Below are positions 1 through 10,548 of a stretch of 64,000 bases of DNA, piece after piece. The position numbers and the translations under genes were made by a program. How positions within the stretch are numbered: position 1 is the first letter of the stretch; each line of letters begins with the position of its first letter. This DNA is from an uncultured Verrucomicrobiae bacterium (lineage in GTDB: Bacteria; Verrucomicrobiota; Verrucomicrobiia; Limisphaerales; Palsa-1400). The stretch lies in the NCBI GenBank assembly GCA_963702845.1, contig OY969763.1, positions 1,216,001 to 1,280,000 of the forward strand. The letters run 5' to 3'. The notes under the pieces were generated by a model. That model worked only from the letters and a program-made list of their open reading frames with translations. It was not told where the DNA came from and ran no database searches.

Positions 1-146
1 GGGTTGGCTACGGCTGCGGGAGTTCCCGCAAAAAGATTGTTGCCCTTCAGCAGCGAGGCGAGTGCGAGCGAGCCGACGCCGATGCCGCAGTCACGAAAAA
101 AGAACCGCCGCGTAATTCGTTTGCGCGATTCCAAATCAAGATTCAT
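1..146 (-). CDS. N-terminus of a DUF1501-like Tat-signal protein (partial, runs off window start)
   Basis: Manual translation from ATG at 146: MNLDLESRKRITRRFFFRDCGIGVGSLALASLLKG... The TRRxFF...G.G.G.LAL..LL leader is typical of PVC DUF1501 proteins. Confidence 0.6.
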   Translation of the reverse strand, partial: MNLDLESRKRITRRFFFRDCGIGVGSLALASLLKGNNLFAGTPAAVAN

Positions 147-218
147 AGGCTGGCGTTAGCATACCCTTACTGTGTCAAAAGCGTAAAACTGTTTTTCAGC
201 GAATAATATTCAGGGAAA

Positions 219-1067
219 CTACGGACTTATTCGAACAGAGCAGTGGTCCGATAAAAACCGCATGTCTTGGTTCCCAGGCGTGGATTGCACCGACGACCAC
301 ATGAAAACACCTTTCACAGGGGCCTTGGTACAGATCGTCTTGCCAGCGGTGGCGTTCCAGATGCCCATCTGCAAAGCTGATTGAACAGCCGCCATTATGG
401 TAACTCGCCGGCACGTCAACCATGAAGAATCTTGAATCGGGGAGGCCATCGTTCATCGCTACCGCGAAATCACCGAAGTTTAGGCTGTCAGCATTTTCGT
501 CTAGCATCACGTAAGCCTTGGAAGGGCCCATTGCCTGGATGTCTGTATATTTGTGGAAAACCCAGTATTTCGCGTGCGTTAAATAGCTCATCCAGTCGTC
601 CTGAGAGTTCATCGCCTGGCTCAGCGAGATGCTACGAACCCGCGGATAGGTTGTGCCGGAAATCGTGACGGTGCTCATGTCGGATGGGCATTTGTAAATC
701 TTCGCGCTTTTCACCGTGTAGGGCGCAAGCAACGCTGACGTCGGATCAAGTAAGTAATTTAAATTGGTGTTGTCGGGATTGCTCCCGTCGCAGTTAAGTT
801 CTCCTTTGACCCAACCGACACCGCCCTGACTCAATGCATTGGTGACCAGCAGACCACGGTTGTCACCCGGATACATCATCCAACCGATCATCAGTTGTCT
901 GACGTTGTTCATACACTGAACCATCTGCCGGATTCCTTTGCACGAGCCAAAGCCGGGAGCAGCATTGCAGCTAAAATTGCGATGATGGCGATAACGACGA
1001 GAAGTTCAATGAGTGTGAAAGCTCGACGCCAACCAAGCTTGTGGTGGAGACTCCCTTCGATTTGCAT
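219..1067 (-). pseudogene. Prepilin-type N-terminal cleavage/methylation + H-X9-DG domain protein, with two apparent frameshifts (~925 and ~333)
   Basis: AFTLIELLVVIAIIAILAAMLLPALARAKES (909..1397 frame) joins QCMNN...YKCPSD...HNGGCSISFADGH (196..924 frame), which joins TKAPVK...NQDMRFLSDHCS (219..449 frame). Single-base indels restore one ORF, so this may be a sequencing error. Confidence 0.8.
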
Positions 1068-1072
1068 TCCTC

Positions 1073-1113
1073 GAAAAAGCAATACCCTGTCAAACAACGT
1101 TTGACAAGGTATT
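1073..1113 (-). terminator. Hairpin/intrinsic terminator (or operator) downstream of ahcY
   Basis: 15-bp inverted repeat AATACCCTGTCAAAC-aac-GTTTGACAAGGTATT with one G-U position, followed on the minus strand by GCTTTTT. Confidence 0.55.
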
Positions 1114-1141
1114 GCGCGAATTCTGTTAAGGTCGAAGGCGC

Positions 1142-2551
1142 TTAGTAGCGATAGTGGTCGGGCTTGTAAGGACCGTCTGGCGAGACGCCGAGGTATTCGG
1201 CTTGTTTCTTCGAGAGCTTCGTCAGTTTCACACCAATCTTTTCTAGATGCAGGCGGGCGACTTCTTCGTCGAGCTTCTTCGGCAAACGATAAACGCCGGG
1301 CTGATAAACGTCCTTGTTCTTCCACAGGTCCAGTTGCGCGAGCACCTGGTTGGAGAACGAGTTGGACATCACGAAGCTCGGATGACCCGTGGCGCAACCA
1401 AGGTTCACCAAACGACCTTCGGCGAGCAAATACAGGCTGTTGCCTTTGGGGAAGGTGTATTTGTCGACCTGTGGTTTGATGTTCAGCTTCTTCACGCCTT
1501 TTTTCGCGTTCAAAAGGTCGACCTGAATTTCATTATCGAAATGGCCGATGTTACACACGATGGCCTGGTCTTTCATCTTCGCCATGTGATCGAGCGTGAT
1601 GACGTCGCGGTTGCCAGTGCAGGTGACGTAAATGTCAGCTTCGCCCAACGTGTCTTCGATCGGCTTCACTTCAAAACCTTCCATCGCCGCTTGCAATGCG
1701 TTGATGGGATCGATTTCCGTCACGATGACGCGAGCGCCAAAGCCGCGCAACGAATGCGCTGAACCTTTGCCGACATCGCCGTAGCCGCACACGCAAGCAA
1801 CTTTGCCCGCGACCATGACGTCGGTCGCGCGCTTGATGCCGTCCGCAAGTGATTCGCGGCAGCCGTAAAGATTGTCGAACTTCGATTTGGTGACGGAATC
1901 GTTCACGTTGATGCAAGGCACCAACAAATTACCGGCTTCCTTCATCTGGTAGAGACGATGAACACCCGTGGTGGTTTCTTCGCTGACGCCGCGCCAGTTC
2001 TTAACCATGTTGTGCCAAATGCCAGGGCGCTCCTTGTGGATGCGCTTGAGCAAGTTTTTGATCACATCGGCTTCGTGTGAATCGCTCGGTGAGTGAACCC
2101 ACTTGTCGCCGTTTTCGAGTTCGTAGCCTTTGTGGATGAGCAGGGTGGCATCGCCACCGTCATCGACGATCAGTTGCGGTCCAAGTCCACCGGGATGCGC
2201 CAATGCTTCAAACGTGCAGTCCCAATATTCTTCGAGCGTCTCGCCCTTCCACGCGAACACGGGAATGCCAGCCTTGGCAATTGCCGCCGCCGCATGGTCC
2301 TGCGTTGAGAAAATGTTGCAGCTTGCCCAACGCACCGAAGCGCCGAGGGCGTCCAACGTTTCAATCAAAATTGCCGTCTCAATCGTCATGTGCAACGAAC
2401 CGGTGATGCGCACGCCTTTGAGTGGTTTAGACTTCGCGTATTTGTTGCGGATCGACATCAAACCCGGCATTTCGTGCTCGGAGATATCAATCGCTTTGCG
2501 ACCATACTCCGCGAGACTCATGTCCCTTACCTTATAATCTGCTTTTGCCAT
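1142..2551 (-). CDS. ahcY: Adenosylhomocysteinase (SAH hydrolase)
   Basis: Motifs [55 protein letters not shown] and C-terminal YRY. Confidence 0.98.
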   Translation of the reverse strand: MAKADYKVRDMSLAEYGRKAIDISEHEMPGLMSIRNKYAKSKPLKGVRITGSLHMTIETAILIETLDALGASVRWASCNIFSTQDHAAAAIAKAGIPVFAWKGETLEEYWDCTFEALAHPGGLGPQLIVDDGGDATLLIHKGYELENGDKWVHSPSDSHEADVIKNLLKRIHKERPGIWHNMVKNWRGVSEETTTGVHRLYQMKEAGNLLVPCINVNDSVTKSKFDNLYGCRESLADGIKRATDVMVAGKVACVCGYGDVGKGSAHSLRGFGARVIVTEIDPINALQAAMEGFEVKPIEDTLGEADIYVTCTGNRDVITLDHMAKMKDQAIVCNIGHFDNEIQVDLLNAKKGVKKLNIKPQVDKYTFPKGNSLYLLAEGRLVNLGCATGHPSFVMSNSFSNQVLAQLDLWKNKDVYQPGVYRLPKKLDEEVARLHLEKIGVKLTKLSKKQAEYLGVSPDGPYKPDHYRY

Positions 2552-2577
2552 AAAATTTCTTTGTTCCTGTTTATTGA

Positions 2578-3756
2578 TTACTTAACAGCGCTCTTCAACG
2601 CCTGGACCTTATCGGTGCGTTCCCAAGTGATGCTCTTGATGTCATCAATCTTGCCGAAGTGACCGTAGTTGGTCGTCTTCGTGTAAATCGGACGCAGCAA
2701 ATTGAGCTGCTTGATGATTGCTGCCGGCTTGAAGCTAAACACTTCGCGAACGGCCTTTTCGATATTCTCATCGCTAACCTTGCCGGTGCCGAACGTGTCG
2801 ACGCAGACGGAAACTGGTTCCGGATAACCGATCGCGTAAGCGAATTGAATTTCCGCTTTGTCGGCCAAACCTGCTGCGACGATGTTCTTCGCAACGTAAC
2901 GGCCCATGTAAGCGGCGCTGCGATCGACCTTCGAGGGGTCTTTGCCGCTGAACGCGCCACCACCGTGACGGCCCATGCCGCCGTAGCTGTCGACGATGAT
3001 CTTGCGGCCAGTCAAACCAGTGTCGCCTTGAGGTCCGCCGGTCACGAAACGACCGGTCGGGTTGATCAAAAATTGTGTGTTCTTGTCGAGCAGGTTCGCC
3101 GGGAGAACTTTTTTGATGAGTTCTTTAATGATGAACGATTTGATCTCGCTGTGCTTCACGTCGGCGGCGTGCTGCGTTGAAACAACCACATTAACGATGC
3201 GGGTCGGTTTGCCGTTCACGTATTGCACCGAGACCTGCGTCTTGGCGTCGGGGCGCAGCCACTTGGCTTTGCCGGCTTTGCGCAAGCGGGTCAGTTCGCG
3301 ACCGAGACGATGCGCGAACATGATTGGCGCCGGCATCAATTCAGGCGTTTCGTTGGATGCATAACCGAACATCAAACCCTGGTCGCCCGCGCCTTGTTCG
3401 GCGGTATCTTTACCTTCAGCGGCCGAGGCATCAACGCCTTGGGAGATGTCAGGGCTCTGGCGCGTCACCAAATTGGTGATGAAAACGCGGTCAGCATGAA
3501 ATACATCATCATCGTTCACATAACCGATCTCGCGAATTGCTGCGCGGACGATTTCGTTCACGTGAACTTTGGCTTTGCTGGTGATTTCGCCACCGACGAC
3601 GACCATGTTGCTCTTGGCGTAGGTCTCGCAAGCCACGCGGCTCTTGGGGTCCTGGGCCAAATGCGCGTCGAGGACTGCATCAGAAATCAGGTCGCAAACC
3701 TTGTCAGGATGGCCTTCGCCAACCGACTCCGAAGAAAAGATGAAGGATTTGTTCAT
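2578..3756 (-). CDS. metK: S-adenosylmethionine synthase
   Basis: Motifs [25 protein letters not shown] and [19 protein letters not shown]. Start placed at [10 protein letters not shown]. Confidence 0.98.
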   Translation of the reverse strand: MNKSFIFSSESVGEGHPDKVCDLISDAVLDAHLAQDPKSRVACETYAKSNMVVVGGEITSKAKVHVNEIVRAAIREIGYVNDDDVFHADRVFITNLVTRQSPDISQGVDASAAEGKDTAEQGAGDQGLMFGYASNETPELMPAPIMFAHRLGRELTRLRKAGKAKWLRPDAKTQVSVQYVNGKPTRIVNVVVSTQHAADVKHSEIKSFIIKELIKKVLPANLLDKNTQFLINPTGRFVTGGPQGDTGLTGRKIIVDSYGGMGRHGGGAFSGKDPSKVDRSAAYMGRYVAKNIVAAGLADKAEIQFAYAIGYPEPVSVCVDTFGTGKVSDENIEKAVREVFSFKPAAIIKQLNLLRPIYTKTTNYGHFGKIDDIKSITWERTDKVQALKSAVK

Positions 3757-3815
3757 TTTTTGGTAAATTTGTGTCGCTACGAGCGCGTCGTTATGTTTCT
3801 TAAACATACGTCACA

Positions 3816-3866
3816 TTGACGTATCTTGATAGGTTGATATATTAGTTAGGTAATCGTTGCCGTCAA
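3816..3866. promoter_or_regulatory. Overlapping divergent sigma70 promoters with a candidate SahR-type operator at 3821-3840
   Basis: Plus strand: TTGACG(3816)-16 nt-TATATT. Minus strand: TTGACG(3866)-16 nt-TAATAT. The 20-bp imperfect palindrome GTATCTTGATAGGTTGATAT (TATC-N10-GATA) overlaps both. Confidence 0.5.
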
Positions 3867-3897
3867 CCGTTAATTCGTCAGAGTTTCCAGTAAATCG

Positions 3898-4827
3898 ATG
3901 TCAGGCACGTTAAAATCTTTGCGAGCGTTAAGCGATCCAACCCGGTTGCGGATCGTGGCTTTGCTCGAGCGCGGCGAGCTCTCCGTCAATGAACTTCAGG
4001 AGATCACGCGCATGGGGCAGTCGCGCATCTCTACGCACCTCGGCTTGCTCCAGGATTCCGGCCTGCTCGAATCTCGGCGTGAAGGAAAACGCACCTTCTA
4101 CAAGGTTTCAACGCAAACGGACGATCTCGCGCGCGAATTCGTGCAACTTGCCATACGCGGTTCAAAAGAGTTGCCCGAACATTCGGCGGACCAACTCAAT
4201 CTTAAACGGATTCTGGTCCGTCGCAGCCAAGCGCAAGAACTTTATTTTAACCAGGTCGCCGGTCGTTTTGATCGGAGCTACGGCCCGGGCCGTTCCTGGC
4301 AGGCGTTCGGCCAACTTTTGCTGCGCCTCATTCCAAACATTACCGTCGCCGACCTGGGCTCCGGCGAAGGGCTGCTTAGCGAACTTCTCGCTCGCCGCGC
4401 CAAAAAAGTGATCGCCGTTGATAATTCGGAAAAAATGGTCGCGTTCGGTGCCGCCAAAGCGAAAAAGAACAAACTTAAGAATTTAGAGTTTCGTCTCGGC
4501 GATTTGGAAAATCCACCGATCGACCCCAACAGTGTCGACCTCGTTGTCCTAAGCCAAGCTCTTCATCATGCTGCTGATCCCGCAAAGGCCATCGCTTCTG
4601 CCTATAATATATTGCGCCCGGGCGGCCAGCTTATGATGTTGGATTTACTCGAGCACACGTTCGATAAAGCCACTGAACTCTACGGCGACCGCTGGCTCGG
4701 CTTTCCCGAGGGCACGTTGCATCGCTGGCTCGAAGCTGCTGGATTTAAAAAAATCGAAGTCACGGTCGTCGCCCGCGAAGAACAGCCGCCGCATTTTCAA
4801 ACGATTTTAGCAGGCGGCGAAAAATAA
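3898..4827 (+). CDS. sahR: ArsR-family HTH fused to a SAM-binding methyltransferase domain (SahR-type SAM-cycle regulator)
   Basis: N-terminal LRALSDPTRLRIVALL...ELSVNEL...QSRISTHL HTH; C-terminal VADLGSGEG and QALHH motifs; divergent from metK-ahcY. Confidence 0.85.
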   Translation: MSGTLKSLRALSDPTRLRIVALLERGELSVNELQEITRMGQSRISTHLGLLQDSGLLESRREGKRTFYKVSTQTDDLAREFVQLAIRGSKELPEHSADQLNLKRILVRRSQAQELYFNQVAGRFDRSYGPGRSWQAFGQLLLRLIPNITVADLGSGEGLLSELLARRAKKVIAVDNSEKMVAFGAAKAKKNKLKNLEFRLGDLENPPIDPNSVDLVVLSQALHHAADPAKAIASAYNILRPGGQLMMLDLLEHTFDKATELYGDRWLGFPEGTLHRWLEAAGFKKIEVTVVAREEQPPHFQTILAGGEK

Positions 4828-4828
4828 G

Positions 4829-4850
4829 GAAGCGGCCTTCAGGCCGCTTC
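4829..4850. terminator. Hairpin between convergent genes
   Basis: GAAGCGGCC-TTCA-GGCCGCTTC, a perfect 9-bp stem immediately after the sahR stop codon. Confidence 0.55.
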
Positions 4851-4859
4851 ATCGTTCAT

Positions 4860-6815
4860 TCACTGGCGTCGTCCCAGCGGTCCCGCCACCTCAACCGTCT
4901 CGCCGACTTTCGGCAACCTGAACGGCACATAATCGTAATCAGGCCGCCAAACAAACTGCAGCCAAAGTCGGTTATCCGATTCCAGCGGTGAATCAAAACG
5001 AATCGCCACCGATCGCGGCTCGCCATTCGCGGTGGCCTCGACGACTTCAATCGTCCATCCTTTTCGCACGACTCGATCTCCATTCTTCCATTTCATCGCG
5101 TTGAACAAAAAATCATTTGCCGTTTTGCAAGCGTAAGCGACGTGCGCTGGCCCGAAGTTCGGCACCGACAGCAAGCTGCCGCTCTTCGCCGTAACGATGA
5201 GCGTGTTCTCGTTCGATCGCGTAATCCGCAAACCCGTCAAACCAAGCGCCAGGTTTTTGACGCTGTTCGGTAAAGCGCCGCCGCGATACGCGCGATAAAT
5301 CGGCATCAGTGCATAAACCGGTCCGGGATCATTGACTACTACCACATTACGATCGCCACCATCCGGAAGGTGCTCGAATCCCCAGTCAAAACTGGGCCCT
5401 AGATATGGCGTGATGAACCCCAGGACTCCCCGTGTAGCGACGGCTCCAAAAGTATGCGCCAGCAACAGCCAGATCACGACAGCCCAACAAATCACTTTGC
5501 GAAATATCGGCAATATTTCACGTTCGTGCCGCTGCGCAAAGTTGACGAAGAAAGTCGCGATCAATCCGAATGCTCCTACTGCCACGAACCCAAGATTCTT
5601 GCTGAGCGGTGCAACCGTCGCTGCCGGCACGAGCGCGAGCAACATTGCCGTCGTCCAAAATCGTGCCACGGCCTTCTGCCGAATAACCGGCAGAAACACA
5701 TACGCGCAGACCAAAACAAATAGCAAAAAGAACAGCGCTAACCCCAATCGCCACGCTGGATTCAGGCCGAAATAGATTTCCGGCGTTACACCCGATAATT
5801 GCCCGCCAAGCAGCGCAGTGGTTCTTGGCAGCAGATTCTTCAAAAACAACAATGGCGCATACCCCGGATCGATATAGCCTTCGAAATTTTTGACCCCACA
5901 ATTCTGCGAGACGTAAATGATCCGCCACACGGCGACTGCGACGATTGCCGGAACTAAACTTAAAAGGGGACGCGGAGATAGCCGTGACTTTCCGCCTGTC
6001 GGTTCAAGCACCACCGCATACGCGATGAGGAACGCCATTGTCGAAACACCGGCTTCATTCGCGAGCATGGCTAAGAACAGGCACAACACCGAAGCGCAGG
6101 CCCACCATTTCCGTCGCGTCGTCCGCCATTGGTGATGTGCATACAAACTTACTAACCCGAAAAACAGCGCAATAAAAAATCCTCGATTCGCCACATACAT
6201 CACCGGGAAGTAGGTGTTCTTATCCACAAGAAAAAGAAACGCGCCGAGTGCGGCCGCATTCGCCGTGGAGGAGGTCGCACCCATTTGCATGCCGTACGCT
6301 CGCCCGATCATCCGATAAACAATCGCCACCATGAATACGATCCCAGCGAACCATAGAATATTGTGCAGGTGCATGAGCCACGGCGTGTTCGGAAAAACGC
6401 GATAATCAACCCAGTGCGTAAACGCTGTCAGTGGGCGCCACAGCGCCGCTTGCCAGTGCAACGACGCCCACCACGGCGCGACGCCGTAATCCGCTGCGTG
6501 TTGTGCCTGTTCCGGATATTTCAGATATCCAAACAAATCATTCACCACTCCAGACAACGTCCCACAATTGGTCGAAACCAATCCCGTCTCGAAAACGCGC
6601 TCCGGCAGATCGGCGCGATTCCTCTGCGTCAGTCCCTGGATCATGTCGTCCCCGAACAGCCCGCCGAACAATGCGGGGATCATTATGATCACAGCCGCGA
6701 TCGCCAATATGTGCGGTAGGTAAGGGGACCGTGCGATTGAAAGTATAACCGTTCGTAACCTGGCCCATTTTGAAGGCCTGATAGCGACACGCTCACTGGT
6801 TTCTGGTTGCAACAT
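4860..6815 (-). CDS. Polytopic membrane protein, putative GT-C-fold glycosyltransferase
   Basis: About 10-12 hydrophobic segments; DD motif after TM1, WRPL...HWVDY, HLHNILW and NEAG motifs resembling TMTC/PMT-type proteins; soluble C-terminal domain. Confidence 0.55.
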   Translation of the reverse strand: MLQPETSERVAIRPSKWARLRTVILSIARSPYLPHILAIAAVIIMIPALFGGLFGDDMIQGLTQRNRADLPERVFETGLVSTNCGTLSGVVNDLFGYLKYPEQAQHAADYGVAPWWASLHWQAALWRPLTAFTHWVDYRVFPNTPWLMHLHNILWFAGIVFMVAIVYRMIGRAYGMQMGATSSTANAAALGAFLFLVDKNTYFPVMYVANRGFFIALFFGLVSLYAHHQWRTTRRKWWACASVLCLFLAMLANEAGVSTMAFLIAYAVVLEPTGGKSRLSPRPLLSLVPAIVAVAVWRIIYVSQNCGVKNFEGYIDPGYAPLLFLKNLLPRTTALLGGQLSGVTPEIYFGLNPAWRLGLALFFLLFVLVCAYVFLPVIRQKAVARFWTTAMLLALVPAATVAPLSKNLGFVAVGAFGLIATFFVNFAQRHEREILPIFRKVICWAVVIWLLLAHTFGAVATRGVLGFITPYLGPSFDWGFEHLPDGGDRNVVVVNDPGPVYALMPIYRAYRGGALPNSVKNLALGLTGLRITRSNENTLIVTAKSGSLLSVPNFGPAHVAYACKTANDFLFNAMKWKNGDRVVRKGWTIEVVEATANGEPRSVAIRFDSPLESDNRLWLQFVWRPDYDYVPFRLPKVGETVEVAGPLGRRQ

Positions 6816-6941
6816 ATTGCCTCCTTAAACACGCGTGAGGTGCGTGCGTTGAGTTGAAGCCAGAGTATCTCGTGACAAATTGGTGTCAAGCAGCAGCGTA
6901 ACGCACTCGCCAAGGCGATTTAGCAGACAGTTGGGAAGTAA

Positions 6942-9035
6942 TTATTTCAACCTCGCTACCCACTTCACAATCTCGTCATCCTTCGGCCACGCGTATTCCC
7001 ATTGAAACGCTCGTGTGGCGTGAAGGTCTTTATAAACGTCTCGAAGCAGGCCTGCCGAAAACTTTTTATAATCTGCACAAATCAAAATCGGATTCGGCGC
7101 GGCTAACGTCGCCACGCCAATGAAATCCCCAACACTTCGCAAACCCGGCACGAATATCTCCGGCTTCACGCGAAACAAATCTGAATTATCCGCCGCGCTG
7201 CAATCGGCCGCCACCGCGTCCACCAAAGGCGCTGCGAGGATCGCCGCCAGGCCCGCCTTGCCTTCACCGATCAATACCAATTTTGTCGCAGCTTTCGTTG
7301 CTCCGCGTGCGAAGGCAGCAACCGTCGCGATATCCTGCACGCGCTCCTGCATGGTCGTTTTATTGTAAGTCGTGAAAAACAAATCGACTTCGTTCCGGTT
7401 CGTTGGAGTTGAAAATAGATCAAAGGTGATCACCTGAATATTTGCGTCGACCAACGACCGAGCCAACCCGGTCGGTTGCCCTTTGTTATCCAGAAAAACG
7501 GCGTTGCCTTTGTTACTTGCGAGAACGACGAGGGTGTTATTTATGGGCCTAGCTGGTTTAAACATCATCGCTGAAATCCGATCACCTTTTCCTGATCTGC
7601 CGATGGCGAGGCGAGTCCAGGAACATCCTGAAAATTCATCGGTGACCTTTGAGGCCGCATCGAAAGTTCCACTCACTCCATTCTCCGGAATATCCAATTG
7701 CAACGTGTGCCGCCACGCTGGCGACAAAACCTTTTTATAATCGGCGAGCGACGCCTTGCCGTGCGGCGTCAGCTTGTCCAGTTGTTTGCGCGTTCGCTCC
7801 ATCAAATAGGTGATGAGTTCATTCTCTGAGATTGCCTGCGATGGCAATTTATTCTCTGGGAACACCAGCAACTCATTGTCGGGATCTTTCGTGTAAGTTG
7901 CTTCCTTCACAGGCGCACCATCGCCGCTGTTCAGTAAACATTTATCGAACCACCCGTAAACGGCCTCGCGACTGGTTTGATTGTAATTGTGCTTCGATTC
8001 ATACCGCACATACCGAAGCCGTTCCGTCGCGTCGAATAGTTTGTAAATGCTTTCCACGGTGGGTCCTTCCACGGTCATCATATCCTTGGTCCAATCGCCG
8101 GATGCGGCGACCATGAGCTGCGGACGAGGCGCGGCCGCTGCGGCAATGTCCATATTCGAAAACTCCACGCGCAATCCCGGCATATTCTCGCAACCACATC
8201 CGCCTTGCATCGTATGGCTCACCATTACGACCGGGCTTTGCGCGGCGAGACGGTCGTCCACTGCGCCAAGCATGAAAGTTTGCGTGCCGCCACCGGACGC
8301 TCCTGTGATCGCAATCCGTGTTTTATCGACGTCCGCCAATTCCTCCAGGAAATCCATCGCACGAATGCTGTCCCAAAGTTGCAATCCCATCAGATTGATA
8401 TTCCACAACATGGGCACCGGGGTGTTCGTGGCGAAATGCCGATGCGTGGCATAGAACGTTTCCAGCGTGTGCTTGGAGCCAGCGGGCAGGGGAAAGTGCG
8501 TGTCGTTGTAGCCAAACATGTCATAGGAAAACGCGATCATGCCTTGCTTCGCGAAATTGATGCACCGCGCCGCCACACTGCCGTTTGTGTTATCGACCAA
8601 GCGTCCTTCCGGCCAATGTCCGTGCGGATTTAACACCGCTGGAAACGGCCCGTGTCCTTTTCCGGCGGGTCGATACAGATTCCCGCAAACGAAAAATCCA
8701 GGCAGCGATTCGAAATAAACTTTCTCAACGGTGTATTCCTCATGCTCGATTTTGCCAAACACACTCGCGTTGAGGGACGTCTTCTCCGGCATCGGCCAAA
8801 GCCCCGCGCTCACCAGAATCTGCTCCCGAATCTCCTTCGCGCGTTTTTCCCAATCGGCTTTCGATGTGATTTCGGGAAACGTGCGCGGCGTATTGAGCGT
8901 TGTGATTTCCCTCGCGCGCTGGTCCGTTGCGGGCAAACGCGATTGTGCGGTGGCGCAGAATCCGCTGAGAAGAAGTGCGACGGTTAAAAGTCTCAAACCC
9001 AAATAAAGCCCCAGTTGTTTGGAAAAACTGGTCAT
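6942..9035 (-). CDS. Secreted acetylxylan-esterase-like alpha/beta hydrolase with a duplicated, degenerate C-terminal half
   Basis: Signal peptide; EKVYFESLPG, GPFPAVLNPHGH, GASGGGTQT nucleophile elbow, GGCGCEN and HNYN. Confidence 0.8.
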   Translation of the reverse strand: MTSFSKQLGLYLGLRLLTVALLLSGFCATAQSRLPATDQRAREITTLNTPRTFPEITSKADWEKRAKEIREQILVSAGLWPMPEKTSLNASVFGKIEHEEYTVEKVYFESLPGFFVCGNLYRPAGKGHGPFPAVLNPHGHWPEGRLVDNTNGSVAARCINFAKQGMIAFSYDMFGYNDTHFPLPAGSKHTLETFYATHRHFATNTPVPMLWNINLMGLQLWDSIRAMDFLEELADVDKTRIAITGASGGGTQTFMLGAVDDRLAAQSPVVMVSHTMQGGCGCENMPGLRVEFSNMDIAAAAAPRPQLMVAASGDWTKDMMTVEGPTVESIYKLFDATERLRYVRYESKHNYNQTSREAVYGWFDKCLLNSGDGAPVKEATYTKDPDNELLVFPENKLPSQAISENELITYLMERTRKQLDKLTPHGKASLADYKKVLSPAWRHTLQLDIPENGVSGTFDAASKVTDEFSGCSWTRLAIGRSGKGDRISAMMFKPARPINNTLVVLASNKGNAVFLDNKGQPTGLARSLVDANIQVITFDLFSTPTNRNEVDLFFTTYNKTTMQERVQDIATVAAFARGATKAATKLVLIGEGKAGLAAILAAPLVDAVAADCSAADNSDLFRVKPEIFVPGLRSVGDFIGVATLAAPNPILICADYKKFSAGLLRDVYKDLHATRAFQWEYAWPKDDEIVKWVARLK

Positions 9036-9099
9036 GTCTCTATCTGTGCACATCCGGCGGAGAAAGGCCAACTGTTTCGAATGTTTGGATGGTTTGCTT

Positions 9100-10458
9100 T
9101 TACTTCGCACCCAACCTCACGATGACCGCTGATGCCGGTTCAACGTTAACCACACACTTCCCATCCGAGATGCGGACCTTCTTCCATTTCCCGTGCCAAT
9201 CCTTGTCATTTGAAATATTGCTACCGCCCAAAGTCACGTCCTTCATCGCCATAACATTCACATTCGCCGCCTTGAGAGCCATCACCTGAGCGCGCTTCGC
9301 CTCAAACCCATTTGCAGCAATCGTCACGGTCGCCTTTTCGGCATTCGCGCCATGCTCCTTATTGATAATCGTCACGCAGCAATTCGTCTCATCCCCCACC
9401 GCATACGCCGTCACGTTCAGCGCGCGTGGATTTTCCATCGCCACCGACTCCGTCCAACCGTGACTCCCGACCTCGAACGCCCGAAGCCCATAAGCCTTCG
9501 GATGCATTTGATATTGTCTCTTCGCATCGATGTAAAATGTATCCGTTGGCAACCACTGCGAATTCTGGAAATTCACTCCCGTCGCGCCATGTTTTGCCCA
9601 CCAATGCGTGCAATCCAGCGCCCATAAAGCCGCAGAAAAACTATCGCTCGCGTTCGTCACCCCGTGCACGAAATCGTCCAACTCCGTCAGTCGATAACCC
9701 AACCCATCCTTCAAGACCGGATGACACACCTGCTGATACAGTGCAGGATAAGATGTCTTCGGCCATTCGCTCGACAACATCAGGTCCACGCCGTGCGGAA
9801 CGTCGATGCCCTTCTTCCTTGAATTCCCGCCAATATAAGTATGCTGCGTCACCAACTCGAGGCGGCCAGTGTCCTTGACCTTCTCTATAAACTTCAACGC
9901 CAGCGCGCGCCCGGCCGCATCCGGCCCGGCAAACTTCGCGTCCGGCACTGCGTTCGTCACTTTTTGCACGACAATTCTCCAATCCTCAAAAAACTGCTGC
10001 GCGCGTCCGTCCGGCTCGTTGTCGAAGGCAAAATAATCCAACCATGGCCGATAATGATCCCAGACATACTTCGCCGTTTCACCTGCGTCCGCAGCGTGCA
10101 GTGAGAAAATCACTTTCACATCCGTTGCCTTCGCAAACGCAAACAAGGCATCGATCTCATCGTGAGTCAGATTCGGCGTTTCACTTTTCGCTGAGCCCGT
10201 CGCGCCGAGCCGCACATGTCTGATCCCCGCGTTACGGAATAAAGTCACCAATTGTTTGTTTTCCTTCGAAAATAAAAATCCTTTCATCCCGCGATGGTCC
10301 CGAACCTGCCCGCGTGTAAAAATGCTCACTCCGGAAAAATGCGGGTCAATCGCGTAGCCGCGTTTTTGAGTATCCACTGTCACCGAAATCGGCACCTGCC
10401 CATTCAAGGCAATTGCGCTCAAACCCATCACGAACAGAACACTTAACCAGGACTTCAT
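9100..10458 (-). CDS. Secreted glycoside hydrolase, GH79-like (beta-glucuronidase/heparanase fold)
   Basis: Signal peptide; NEPD acid/base motif, RLTE nucleophile, SDSFSAALWALD, and a C-terminal beta-sandwich (IINKE). Confidence 0.75.
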   Translation of the reverse strand: MKSWLSVLFVMGLSAIALNGQVPISVTVDTQKRGYAIDPHFSGVSIFTRGQVRDHRGMKGFLFSKENKQLVTLFRNAGIRHVRLGATGSAKSETPNLTHDEIDALFAFAKATDVKVIFSLHAADAGETAKYVWDHYRPWLDYFAFDNEPDGRAQQFFEDWRIVVQKVTNAVPDAKFAGPDAAGRALALKFIEKVKDTGRLELVTQHTYIGGNSRKKGIDVPHGVDLMLSSEWPKTSYPALYQQVCHPVLKDGLGYRLTELDDFVHGVTNASDSFSAALWALDCTHWWAKHGATGVNFQNSQWLPTDTFYIDAKRQYQMHPKAYGLRAFEVGSHGWTESVAMENPRALNVTAYAVGDETNCCVTIINKEHGANAEKATVTIAANGFEAKRAQVMALKAANVNVMAMKDVTLGGSNISNDKDWHGKWKKVRISDGKCVVNVEPASAVIVRLGAK

Positions 10459-10548
10459 CCCGCGTCTTTACCATCTGCGGATTCGACATGCTATCTTATT
10501 TCGAAATCGCTAAAAGCCATTCGGCTGACGCCCTACCGAATGAGGGAC

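Noticed and set aside
909..1397. 162-aa ORF as a full gene overlapping ahcY
   Set aside because: Only the portion from ATG 1067 is pilin-like; the upstream part is an off-frame overlap with ahcY.
3757..3820. Possible SAM-II/V riboswitch in the metK leader (small hairpins, A-rich tail)
   Set aside because: The conserved UGAUUU loop and pseudoknot pairings are not convincingly present, and the SahR-type regulator explains control.
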